Both the position numbers and the translations under genes were made by a program. Below the pieces are notes generated by a model, which saw only the letters and a list, made by a program, of their open reading frames with translations, made no database searches and was not told where the DNA came from. Positions 52,036-64,000 of a stretch of 64,000 nucleotides of DNA are shown here, in pieces. This DNA comes from Octopus sinensis (lineage: Eukaryota). Location: positions 67,394,001 to 67,458,000 of the forward strand of contig NC_043001.1 of NCBI RefSeq assembly GCF_006345805.1, in the 5' to 3' direction. Position 1 is the stretch's first letter, and every line of letters starts with the position of its first letter.

Positions 52036-52878
52036 TGTGGTATGATCAATAAGTATCCACACTCTTGCCATAGTAACGAAATTAAAGTACACAGAGTGAA
52101 GCCACTTGGCTCAGATTGACCTTGAACTCTGCTGTACATGTGTAATAAGTTTTAGCATTTTCACTCACTTCTGCTGTTCACAACAGTGCTTGAAAGGAAG
52201 GTGTGTAGCATGTGATCACCGCATTGACAATGACAAAGAAAGTTGAACAGAAAATCTGCATCAAATTTTGTCAAAAGCTTGGCGACACGTGCTCAGACAC
52301 CTATACAAAGTTTTCAAAAAGTTTTCATTGTTCTCATCACAATCAAGACGATTTTGTTCAACTAAAGCCCGAGTGTCAACTTGGTCAGCTGAAAGCAGCT
52401 TTGGCACAAACTTGGCAGTGATAGTAAACTGAACTGAACTGTGACTAATCTGCACATCTTCTGATAACTCACAGATGGTGATTTGATGATTTCCCCTCAC
52501 AACTGCGATGTTTTCCTCAGTTCTACTGGTTGTGGTTTCCCAGAGCATTTGTCAATATCGACATTCTTTAGCCATCTTGAAAACTTATGAACCACTTGTA
52601 CACTTCTAATGCGGCTCATACACTCCACTCCATACACTCTCTGCAATTTTGAGGAGGTATCACCATGACAACTTTCTCTCTCATGGTCAATGCGATGAAC
52701 ACATCTTACACACCTTACTTCCAAACGCTGCTGAAAATAGCAGAAGTGAGCTAGATTGTTAACACTTAGTGTACATGCACAGCAGAGTTCAAGGTCAATC
52801 TTTGCTAAGCGGCTTCACTCTGTGTGCTTTAGCTTCATTACTATGGCAACAGTCTGGATATTCATTAATCAAACTTTG
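52036..52878. mobile_element. Mariner-derived element made of two inverted 5' ends, TA-flanked
   Basis: About 200-bp inverted arms. Left arm encodes MTKKVEQKICIKFCQKLGDTCSDTY. Right arm (minus) encodes LQRVYGVECMSR..GNHQITICELSEDVQIS..AKFVPKLLSADQ..ENFLK. Confidence 0.88.
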
Positions 52879-53089
52879 TATATATATATATATATATATA
52901 CACACACAGACATACACACATACATATATGCACATGTATGTACACCAATCGCCATGCTTGATCGCTATACCCACAAGCTTTTTTATTTTCTCTTATTCCT
53001 TTCTGTTGAAGACCACATGTACATCATGATTGACTGCTAAATACACAAGTTTTTTTTATTCTCTCTCTTCTTTTTTATACTCTCAGCAT

Positions 53090-53380
53090 GCCCAGGAAAG
53101 TACAGGACCAGATACTGCAACAGCTTGGGCTTCAAAGGCTCACAGCTCTTTAATATCCCTCAAATGCCTGAGAGACCTGCATGGTATGGTTGTGTCTTTA
53201 AAACAAAACTGGATCTCTTCCTGTCAAGGGTTCCAGAGGAGCCTACCTCACAGCAGGAAACACAGATGAGGGCAGTGGCATCAAACTCTGTCATTGACCA
53301 AATGCCACATGTCAGAGGAGGTTTCAAATATTGGTGTATTTTAGTCAATGGTGGTGTCCCAGCATGACTGCAGCTTTGAA
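53090..53380 (+). mobile_element. CR1-group LINE 3' end fragment
   Basis: GFKGSQLFNI..FKTKLDLFLSRVPEEPTSQQETQMRAVASNSVIDQ, a typical CR1/L2-type ORF2 C-terminus. Confidence 0.75.
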
Positions 53381-53462
53381 GATGAAATGTTATTGAAGAT
53401 ATTAAAGATATATATATATATGTGTGTGTGTGTGGTGTGTGTGTGTGTGTGTACATGTAGAT

Positions 53463-53504
<42 letters not shown>

Positions 53505-53779
53505 CAATAAATTTTAGGGTAGCAAAAAATTCTAGAAAAATTCTCCGCTACCAGCGGTCAAGTGAGAAAGATAAGAGAGTCAATAGACTATATAATATAC
53601 ATTCAAATATATAAGGAATGGCCATGATAGGACATTCGACTGACTAGAAAGAGCAGCCAAGCTCCAAACCACTAACAGTTACAATTCTGAAATTGAAAGA
53701 GAAATAAAAAACCTTTCCTTTCTGCACTATGCATAGTTTCGGCGAACTTAAGTAAACAAATTAATTAAATTAAATTTAT

Positions 53780-55009
53780 TTACAACTGGCATTGTAAATA
53801 AATTTGTTTTGGTGATGAAATTTTCTTGTACTTAAATCCGTACACTTAGTTAATTGCCCCCAAAATTTCTTACTTACTTTTGCAACGGTTTTGTGTTTTC
53901 TGCTGTTAACAGCTTTTTTCTGGTTCCTTCAATACTGGCTCTTTGGTTCACTGACAAATTTCACTTCAACCCATACAATTCTTTATCTTCCATAAAAATT
54001 TCATATTTACTTTCTGCCCATCATATTAAAAAATATAATTTCTGTTACCCAGTTACTTTCATTGTTTACTATCTTCTGCACCCGTGTATTTCTGTATACA
54101 TATATAACCATGCCTAGAAGGAAAATGTCAAATTTGTCTACAATGTCAAGGTCAGCCAAAAGAATGCCTCTGTCCAGGGAAAGAGTGACAGTTGCAGAAA
54201 CTGAAGCATACAAAGAAACGAACAGACTGTGCACTACAAAAGCCAGAGCATCTCAAAGTGATGAACAGAGGTATGCAAGGCTGACAAGGAATAGGATCTC
54301 CACTGCAGAACAAAGAGTAGGTGTAACATCTCAGAGAAGCAATTTCTATGAAGCAGCTTTCAATTACGATCCGGCAGTTCATTATGCAGATGATGCTAGA
54401 GTTTCCATTGGTGCAATGAAAACTGAGTGCATACATCATAAAGCAACGAAGTGGCCTGGAGAGACACCTGCAGTGGTGGAAAGGTTAAACTCCCTGCAAT
54501 ACCTGAACCTCCAGAGCCATTGAAGAGACTGTTGTCATCAACTGACCAAGATTCCGAGCACTTCCAAAACAAAATTAGACAATACAATGCTGAACTACAG
54601 ATGACATCATTTGGAGACACAAGAGATTTAACTGAGCCAGGATTCATGCAAACTTTCAAGGTACAAGGTTAGATTTATCGGTGAATTGGCACTCTATTAC
54701 CTCTGTCAAATGTATCACCAAAATCAGCCTTTCATTGTTTATAATCTGTACCTGGGTTTTGGTTATGAAATAAGCTACACAAAATGTGATTTTGAATTAT
54801 GTGTATTTATTTTATATATATATATGAGTTGAAAACTTTCTTTTAACATTTCAGTTAACGTCTGTGCTCCATGCTGGCATGGGTTGGAGAGTTATTAATG
54901 TAGAAAGTTGGTATCTCAGCTACTAGCAGTTGAGACCAACGTAATCTGGATGGCGTTTTAAAATTTCATTATTCTCTTTAACCCGGGCAATGCCAGATAT
55001 TTCTGCTAG
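53780..55009 (+). mobile_element. Internally deleted Helitron: Rep-Hel N-terminus joined to the 3' terminus
   Basis: From 54110: MPRRK..AAFNYDP..IGAMKTEC..WPGET..SGGKVKLPAIPEPPEPLKRLL..YNAELQMTSFG..FKVQG. 3' end cccgggcaatgcc..CTAG|T at 55006-55009. 5' boundary uncertain. Confidence 0.85.
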
Positions 55010-55172
55010 TATTATAATACAAATAAATCATTGATCGTCAATTAAATCTCTCTATTTAATTTATTGTTTGTAATTTGCATAATACCCATATTTATGTGGT
55101 ATTCAACTGATGTACCAGTGAATTGGATGTTTTACACACTTCTTTGAAGGAATTCCTTTCCTTAGTTTGTTA

Positions 55173-55534
55173 CTAAGTTGATTACATCAACCCCAGTGCA
55201 CAAGGGGTATGTACTTTATGAAGCCTGAAGAGATGAAAGGCAAAGTCAACCTTCACAGAATTTGAACCCAGAATATGAAGAAGGATGAAATACCACTAAG
55301 CATTTTGTCTGGTGTGCTAATGGTTCTGCCAACTCACCACCCAAATGTTAAGAGAAATATTAAACCTCTTTGCCATCAGTGTCAAGTCTTCTACACTTTT
55401 TCCTCATCCTCATTGAAAGAGTTGCTACTTCCATTTATTCTCTTTTCCTTCTTTCAGGTTCTCACCATTATCAGCTATTTCTCCTTTTTTATCTCTTTCT
55501 CACCATCTTACTCTCTCTCTCGGTCTGTCTGTCC

Positions 55535-55569
<35 letters not shown>

Positions 55570-56498
55570 ATACTTCTTCAATTTTTATCTCTCTGCCTCT
55601 CTCCTACAATCATCTTCCACTTACCAACTCTCAAGAAATCAGAAGCAAGTTGATATTTTTAGTCAAAGACTTGATTGGTGCTGCTACTGACTATGACTTA
55701 ACTGTTGATATTAAAGCTGAAAGACAAATTTTGTGGATGCAAGTTCAAATTACAGTCATGATTAAATGTAGACATTTTAAAATATTTTTACAAAATATTG
55801 GCCACAATTGATGTTTCCTTCAATCATGCCACAGAAAAAGACTTGCCTCATGCACATATTTTGTTCTGGTTTACAAATAAGATTCACTTAAATAAACTGA
55901 TTCCATTATATCTGCAGAGACCCATGGAGGGAAAAAGGATTCTTCCATATTGTCAGAATCCAGGTGGTTTTTGTTCTCAGCCCTCAACAGGAAGTCTCTT
56001 CGCATGGAAAATAACAAATGTACCAAATATTTTCCGAAGACAATTTTGTGAAGGAGAATCAAACAGGTTAAAGTGGCTATCCCTCTTACAGAAAAAGGGT
56101 AAAAGAAGACAGAGGTTCCCAGACCTTGACTGACAGCTAATGCAAAATCCCATCAATTATGTCTGCTAATGTCATTAAGGGATCTGATGCTGCAATATTT
56201 GCTGATTTAGCAAAACAGCAGCAATGACATTACCCAATTCTAGCAGGGTTAAGCAGAATGATTTTTTTTTGTTTCCTAGATGTTTCTGGTGTAACTGGAA
56301 AGACGTTCCTAATCAGTCTTTTGTTGGCCAAGTCCATCAACAAAAAGACTTAAGTATTGCAACTGATTTCTTCAGCTTCTACTATCACCATATTCCTTTC
56401 TGGTGGAAGTGGGGTGTTTAACATACAACATCGTTTGCTTGTAAACTTCTCTTGGACACAAACAATAAAACTGTTTGCAACCATCCAGGAACCAGACA
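55173..56498 (+). repeat. Left arm of a large inverted duplication (SINE, low-complexity tract, Helitron Rep/helicase pieces)
   Basis: Reverse complement of 59853-61609, apart from a ~420-bp block (60993-61411) present only on the right; contains the HUH motif LPHAHIL and GYPSYRK. Confidence 0.95.
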
Positions 56499-56678
56499 TG
56501 AAAGGAATGGTTGGAGGCCCAAACTTCTGAATTCTTTTACAGGGCTTAGTAAAACTGAAGTACTGCTGCAATAAGTATGTAAATCTAGGAAGGGAATATG
56601 TTGAATAAAATCCTAATTATCTGATCCTCCTGTATTTTCTTTTACCCAAAGCCAGGAAATTTTTGGTACCCCCTCATA
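56499..56678 (+). mobile_element. Mariner 3' end remnant
   Basis: KEWLEAQTSEFFLQGLVKLKYCCNKYVNLGREYVE* followed by a TIR-like aaatttttggtaccccctcaTA. Confidence 0.75.
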
Positions 56679-58037
56679 TATAAACATATATACAGACATA
56701 GATATAGTGTGTGTGTGTGTCTGTGTGTACATGTGTGTGTGTGTGTGCAGACACAGTAGAGTACTGTCAAGTGATTGAAGCATTGTGATTTCAGAAGATA
56801 AATAATGAAATAGTTTCATAGAGTTTATTACAAAGCATCGAGAGAATTGAGAATTTATTAATTCCTTATATTTCAGGTGAATACATACACACACACATAT
56901 ACATAAACCTCATTGTCATAATCATCATCATCTAACATACATCTTCCGTGCTGGTATTGAATTGATGTGTGTGTGTGTGTGTGTGTGTTACTCTCTTTCT
57001 TATTTACAGCAAACTACTTTAAGTTTCATGCTCTGGAGAATACCATTGAGCCCACTCAGTTGTTCAATAAGTTGCCATATTCATATTTGATTATCTCTAT
57101 CAATCTTCACATACATACTATAGATTTACGTCATATATAGTTTTGCGCAGTACATGTATCATTCCACCTACACATACATATGTTAGATATTTATTTTGGA
57201 AAGACTTTACTTCTATAATTCCTTGTAATGTGATTTTTTTCAGAGCTGTCAGTTTGCATATCATTATAGATATTTAGCTATTTTTCATAACTAATATCCT
57301 ATAATTTTTCCATTTAAGTCAGACATATCTGTCATAAGACAGAGCTTACCACAAACATAGTCCTTACTTATTATATGAGACTTTATTCACACAACAGTGT
57401 TTGTATGTTGTTAGATTTCCACTTTAATATTGATTTTCATAAACAAAATAATTTTTTAGTTTAAGAATATTTCTGCTATTCATCTTCCAAAATATTTTTT
57501 CATCAACAACTAGTATTTTTATTTAAATCACGCCATTTTTACCCTGTAACAGCCATAAATAAGATCCTGTTGCTTTTCTTTTACATGTATATACTTATAC
57601 GTAACAAGGAAATTTAATGATGAGGTTTGCATAAGAGAAATAATTGAAGAATGATATCACTTGATTATTAATATGACCATTTATTATATGTCATTTATTA
57701 TGGTGTTAGAATTTTGAAGATGATTATAATCACACTTGCTACAAAATATAAAATTTGCAACTGTGTCAAGTTGTTTGTGTATGGATGTTTTCATAGATGC
57801 AATAAAATATTTGTCATTGTCTCTCTGGTCCATTGTGCAAATTAATTAGTTTAGTTTCTCTGTGACTGCCAGGGAAAAAGACATTGTATTAGTACCTTTA
57901 TAATTAGAGAGAGTGATAAGTCTGTTCTTATGCATTACTGTTTGAGTAGAGACTGGGTTGAATGCTCTTGGTTTGGTGCCAAATTTACCAAAAAGTGAGA
58001 TAGCTATCTGCTTGTTTTTATAATTTGCTGACTGAAG

Positions 58038-58106
58038 TATGTCAAACTAAAAACAATAGGGTTCTCCATCCTATTGACTGGAGAATATCCCAAGAAAGAT
58101 CAAGAG
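58038..58106 (+). CDS. Candidate exon E4 (YVKLKTIGFSILLTGEYPKKDQE; alternative acceptor gives a start at 58060)
   Basis: Strong donor GAG|gtaagc at 58107; open frame back to an AG at 58036-58037; acceptor only moderate. Confidence 0.4.
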
Positions 58107-58959
58107 GTAAGCACATTTCCATTAATCTCTGAATGCAAAAAAAGGTTGAGACAGCAAACTGACGATTTATTTGACAATGTGGAAAAATGTGGATTTGATT
58201 TCAAATCCTGACTTAACTATTCTGTAGTAGTTTAATTTCTGTGATTCACTATTTCTACAAATTCTATTGATTTTACTATAATTTTGTCAAAGTTTCTTGA
58301 TACTAAACGTATATAATTTTATTACTCTACAAGCAGAATACCTACCATTGACCAGACTAGAAGTCACTAAAATTTGTCTTAATGAAGTTGTATTAGGTTT
58401 GATAGAACACCATTGGATTTCTCTTGAAAATTATCTTTCAACTAAGAATTGAAATTGTTACGCAATACGTATTTAACAGTTTGAGGCTTAATGCACTGTG
58501 CTATGGATACACACTTAGTATTAATAGAATACTCCACAATTTAATTGTGTAAATGACATACAAGCTAAGTAAAGCAAATTAAGTAAGAATACAAGTGCGT
58601 GTAAATGTCAAAGCATTTATTTAATCTTTTATTTTTGAAATTCTTTAATTGTTAATTAATTTGAAAAATGAATAGAAATAGGAATGATGGGAAGTAAGCC
58701 ACTTATGGAAATAAATCCATTTTACAGTGTGTAGATATGCGGGTGCTCGAAGGATATCAAATATTGGAACTGTAATATAGGCACTGGTAAAGAAATATTA
58801 AAAGTTGTAAAAAGGCCCTGCTCAAGAGAAATTTGATCTGATTCATCATAGCTTTGGTAATTCTAAACATCATGTCAGCACTTCAGGATATATAGTGTTA
58901 TATGGAGAAATTCAAAAACTTGAACATGTTTTACTTAACAGTGGCATTGAGAGATTGCT

Positions 58960-60560
58960 AGGGTTTCATTTTCAGGAGCATCTGGCATAATGCTCCATTA
59001 GCAGAGTAGTATTCCTCATGATGCAGTCCAGTAACTGTTAGTGTTTAGCATTGGAGTTTCTCATAAAGCATAGATATTTTGGGAACTCAAGGGTACATTT
59101 GGTGATATAAGTGGAGTTTTGGGTATAATTGTATCCAGTAAGATAAGGAATCTTGCCAACATGTGGAGTAAGCTTCTTATTATTTGTCTTGTGTCATTGA
59201 TCCTAAAACTGCACTGATTGCATAGCTACATGGGGACTGACTGCTTTTTTCTTCTTAGTTCAAATCTACATGGCAGTAAACCTGAAGTTCCAATGAAATT
59301 TAATGTCTCTACCATAAGGAACTATATCTTTCTGATTAGCAACAATGTCTCTATCATTTTATAAGAACAACTACTTTCTGGAAGAACCTGCAACAAATAC
59401 CAATTGATTCTATTGTCTAACCATTTTATTTCCACACATTTATGTGTTAATTACAAGTTGAGTAATACCTTCTATATCAATTCATTAGGTATCTTAAACA
59501 ACTGCACTTATAGCAGCTGGGTCTACAGCACCATCACTATAGGAAGGAAATTATCCTTCTCCAACTTGTAACAAAATTTTTTACAGAATCATCAGACAAC
59601 TAAAATAAAAACATTGACAGTCATGTTTGTTGATAGTTTGGAGATTATCCTTTTGGTCAGAAGTAACGAGGATTTAAGGCAGGCACGAATTTTCATCAGC
59701 TTTTGTGCCTTTTGGAACCTTTAGCAGATATTGACAACACTACTGCTACTCCTCCCATTTCTTTGATACACTGTCTTGGAATGTCCTGACAAGTTCTTTT
59801 GTATACCAATGTGTATTCATCCCAGATAGTCATTTGGCTTCTCTTAAGAATTTGTCTGGTTCCTGGATGGTTGCAAACAGTTTTATTGTTTGTGTCCAAG
59901 AGAAGTTTACAAGCAAACGATGTTGTATGTTAAACACCCCACTTCCACCAGAAAGGAATATGGTGATAGTAGAAGCTGAAGAAATCAGTTGCAATACTTA
60001 AGTCTTTTTGTTGATGGACTTGGCCAACAAAAGACTGATTAGGAACGTCTTTCCAGTTACACCAGAAACATCTAGGAAACAAAAAAAAATCATTCTGCTT
60101 AACCCTGCTAGAATTGGGTAATGTCATTGCTGCTGTTTTGCTAAATCAGCAAATATTGCAGCATCAGATCCCTTAATGACATTAGCAGACATAATTGATG
60201 GGATTTTGCATTAGCTGTCAGTCAAGGTCTGGGAACCTCTGTCTTCTTTTACCCTTTTTCTGTAAGAGGGATAGCCACTTTAACCTGTTTGATTCTCCTT
60301 CACAAAATTGTCTTCGGAAAATATTTGGTACATTTGTTATTTTCCATGCGAAGAGACTTCCTGTTGAGGGCTGAGAACAAAAACCACCTGGATTCTGACA
60401 ATATGGAAGAATCCTTTTTCCCTCCATGGGTCTCTGCAGATATAATGGAATCAGTTTATTTAAGTGAATCTTATTTGTAAACCAGAACAAAATATGTGCA
60501 TGAGGCAAGTCTTTTTCTGTGGCATGATTGAAGGAAACATCAATTGTGGCCAATATTTTG
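58960..60560 (-). pseudogene. Decayed Helitron Rep-PIF1 helicase (internally deleted)
   Basis: Minus strand LPHAHIL, GSDAAIF, MTIWDEY..MGGVAVVL, PKGTKADE..ACLKSS..LSTNM, IPKTPLISPNVP, TVTGLHHEE (helicase motifs II-VI) with many stops and frameshifts. Confidence 0.85.
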
Positions 60561-60781
60561 TAAAATTATTTTAAAATGTCTACATTTAATCATGACTGTA
60601 ATTTGAACTTGCATCCACAAAATTTGTCTTTCAGCTTTAATATCAACAGTTAAGTCATAGTCAGTAGCAGCACCAATCAAGTCTTTGACTAAAAATATCA
60701 ACTTGCTTCTGATTTCTTGAGAGTTGGTAAGTGGAAGATGATTGTAGGAGAGAGGCAGAGAGATAAAAATTGAAGAAGTAT

Positions 60782-60831
<50 letters not shown>

Positions 60832-61609
60832 CAGACAGACCGAGAGAGAGAGTAAGATGGTGAGAAAGAGATAAAAAAAAGAGAAATAGCTGATAATGGT
60901 GAGAACCTGAAAGAAGGAAAAGAGAATAAATGGAAGTAGCAACTCCTTCAATGAGGATGAGGAAAAAGTGTAGAAGACTTGACATTGATGGCAGCAGAGA
61001 ATGAGACATTACTAGTATAAAATAAAGAGTGGATGGAGAAGACAAACAGATACATGCATAAAGTTTTTAAAATAATATAATGGATTCCAGAAATCTCTTA
61101 TGTACAAACAAACATACATTTTATCTCCTTTAATTATGCGAATTGATCTAAAATTATTTAATTAATTGAACTGTTATATAATTCTTAAAATAATAACCAC
61201 AAATTTCAAACATAAATGTCCATTAAATATCATTACTTTGCTTAATTAAATAAATACTTAGGTTCCCCTTACATTTACTCTCTTTTAATTAATTCAGTGA
61301 TTTGATGCATGATAAATGATCGTATTTGTTTTACATATTTATCTCCTTTTTCATAGGCATTTTTGTCCTTTTTAAATGATTTTTACCTGAAGATACTTTG
61401 ATATCCACTGAAAGAGGTTTAATATTACTCTTAACATTTGGGTGGTGAGTTGGCAGAACAATTAGCACACCAGACAAAATGCTTAGTGGTATTTCATCCT
61501 TCTTCATATTCTGGGTTCAAATTCTGTGAAGGTTGACTTTGCCTTTCATCCCTTCAGGCTTGATAAAGTACATACCACTTGTGCACTGGGGTTGATGTAA
61601 TCAACCTAG
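59853..61609 (-). repeat. Right arm of the large inverted duplication
   Basis: Identical 111-, 63- and 65-aa track ORFs occur in both arms. Confidence 0.95.
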
Positions 61610-62604
61610 CCCCTCCCCCTGAATAGTTGGCCTTATGCCAAAAATTGGAACCAATATTTCTCTTAACACTGATACAAATTTTTACTACTTTATACGTCTG
61701 CAAGTTAATTTTATTGAAATTAAATGTTTTTTTGTTACAGATTATTGGAATTTTCTTTACAAAAAGCAATTGTTTTCAATTTCTCCTTTTTTTTTTGTAT
61801 ATTTTCAGTCATTGTACTGTGGCCATGGTGGATCACTGCCCTAAAATGTTTAGTTGAACAAAACTACTCCCATACTTATTTTTAAGTCTTGTACTTATTC
61901 TGTTGGCCTCATTTTCAAAGCATTTAGTTACAGAGATGTAAATATGCCAATACCAGTTGCTAAGTAATGGGAAACAAACATACATATGTAATGATGGTTT
62001 TGAATTTTGGCACAAGGGAGCGGGGCAGTAATTCGATTACATCAGCCTCCAATGCTCAAATGGTACTTGTTTTATCAACTCCTGACTGATAAAATGCAAA
62101 GCAGAATTTGAACTTAGAATATAAGGATGAACAAAACCAGTTTCCTAACAATTCTGCCAGCTTGCTGCCATTAATACATAAATATAAAGTCAAACCAAGT
62201 AATGTTTTACCCTTTCTAGCAACATCCTCTACCAATCTGTTAAGTGATTTAAAGGACAAATTCTTTCATACAGTTTATGTTTTGAAATGTATTAGCTGAG
62301 GAAGGTGTAGTGTAAGAGATGAATTCTATTTTATCTGTTGCATAATGGTCTGAAAAGTACATATTAAATGTATTCAAAATATCATTTCTTGCTTTGACTT
62401 TCAGATTATGTTACACAACTCCATACCAGTATCAGGTAGCCATTACTTACTCCATTTATACTGATACTTTAACAAAGATTTACAGAGGTTTGTTTCTACT
62501 TCACTTGAGCTGGAAAATTCTGGAACATGCATCACTTCTAAGCATAATATAAAACACATATAGGTATATAGGTATAAAATTGATATCAAATTACCGAACC
62601 AGGT

Positions 62605-62790
62605 ATGTATCAAACTGCTGGACTACATCATGAAAGTTACAGAGAGATTTATAGTGTAATTGATTAGGAATGAAATTAATCTAGATGACATTCAGTTTGG
62701 GTTTGTGCCTGAGAAGAGTACAACAGATGTCATCTTTCTAGTGAGACGGCTGCAGGAGAAGTATCTGGCTAAAAGTAAACTGTATGATAG
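62605..62790 (+). mobile_element. RTE RT fragment
   Basis: IKLLDYIMKVTE..LDDIQFGFVPEKSTTDVIFLVRRLQEKYLAK. Confidence 0.85.
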
Positions 62791-62861
62791 AATTTGTCCT
62801 TTAAATCACCTAACAGATAAGGAGAAGATGTTGCTAGAAGGGGTATGTATGTGTTTATATA

Positions 62862-62894
<33 letters not shown>

Positions 62895-63827
62895 ATGCCA
62901 GCTTAATTTAATTCATCCTTAGTTGAAAGACACCTGTTGTTATGTCCTGTTATTTGTATTTGTGTAACTTACTCCATTTTTTCCATCCTTGTTTTTGTAT
63001 ACATTCGCTGTTTTCTCCCAAAGAATCTAATGCTCTTAGCTTAGTTTTTCCTTGGGGCTAGCCAGATTGGAGCAATTTCAAGTATAACCAGCCGAAATTG
63101 CAAAGATAATCAGGAACTCAACTGAGGAAAGAAAACTCCGAATGACCTGTCCTTGTTTTCTTTGTACTGTCTATCTGGATGTTTTGTTGTCCCTTTCTTG
63201 TATCACCTAACTGTCTGGATGTTTTGTGTTCTTGTCTCATTTTGTATTTATACAGACACACACACACACATATATATGTAGGTCTATATGTATATATATA
63301 TATATATATATATACAGAGATGTATATGTATATATATGTATTTATATCTATATGAAGATATATATACATATATATATATATATGTGTATATATATATACA
63401 TACATACATATATATGTATATATATATGTATATACATACATACATACATACATATATATGTATATATATGTATAGTTACATATTTGTTGTAATCTTTTGT
63501 GCCCAATATTTCAATGAGCCTGTTAAACTTTTTTATATTCTCAACATGCTCTTGTCACCAAAGAATGTATATTTATATGGATTGTAGTACTCTGTGTCAA
63601 CCAATATTCTGTGCATGTTTTAATATACAGATACAATACCAATACCAATATCAATTCCTTCTGGAAACTATCTTAAGCATATCCTTGAGAATGATTATTT
63701 ATGTAGTAATCTTTTGTGCCCAATATTTTAAGGAACTTGTTGAACTTCTTTATGTTACCAAAGACTGTATATATGTAATGTAGCAATTTGTAACAACCAA
63801 TAATTAACGCAACCAAACTTCTACATG

Positions 63828-63872
63828 TTACTTTTGACAATCTTTTTCCAAAGAGTGAAACCGGTAAAGTAA
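63828..63872 (+). ncRNA. Hammerhead-like motif with U3/A8 core variant
   Basis: ttactt-TTGACAA-tctttttccaaagagt-GAAA-c-cg-g-TA-aagtaa; stem I is perfect (6 bp); loop III palindrome ACCGGT; stem II register is off by 2 nt. Confidence 0.55.
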
Positions 63873-63950
63873 ATAAACATCTTTTAAATTGCATTTTCAA
63901 ACCTTCTTTCGTATATACATATATATATATGTATGTATATATACATATAT

Positions 63951-64000
<50 letters not shown>

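Noticed and set aside
57010-57150. Very strong acceptor (ctctttcttatttacAG) with NYFKFHALENTIEPTQLFNKLPY
   Set aside because: No credible donor before the stop; not listed as a feature, but worth checking in RNA-seq.
62405-62487. Strong acceptor with two possible donors (gtagcc after 62435, gtttgt near 62488)
   Set aside because: All three frames are open for the short form and the phase is ambiguous; it cannot be supported without transcripts.
63040-63110. Hammerhead-like ggctagcc..ccagcc-GAAA-ttgcaa
   Set aside because: No CUGANGA-like core, no UH site and no stem I.

Overview
AT-rich, repeat-saturated eukaryotic DNA. The SINE/RTE repertoire looks cephalopod (Octopus-like); this is inferred from remembered repeat families, not from a search. 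There is no complete protein-coding gene, rRNA, bona fide tRNA gene or CRISPR array, and most track ORFs are translations of microsatellites. The window is probably intronic: four small + strand exon candidates (320-431, 17334-17389, 18909-18948, 58038-58106) splice in frame into an unidentified protein. The remainder is layered mobile DNA: a near-intact DD34D mariner (29246-30537), decayed mariners and double-5'-end mariner MITEs; R4/Dong-clade LINEs sitting in (TAA)n arrays with a ~550-bp non-coding partner element; RTE and CR1-like LINE pieces; Penelope-like fragments; at least seven Helitron pieces; dozens of tRNA-derived SINEs; fold-back elements; and a 156-bp minisatellite. The most striking signals not visible in the ORF track are: (i) a set of minimal type-I hammerhead ribozyme motifs, one nearly intact (30979-31039) and one in the tail of a tRNA-headed SINE-like element with an inverted partner (5822-6310); (ii) a 69-bp/23-aa STPR-like repeat (37792-38160); (iii) a 1.3-kb inverted duplication (55173-56498 vs 59853-61609) whose inner part looks identical and which brackets a candidate exon. 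All alignments and folds were done by eye; SINE and fragment boundaries are approximate.
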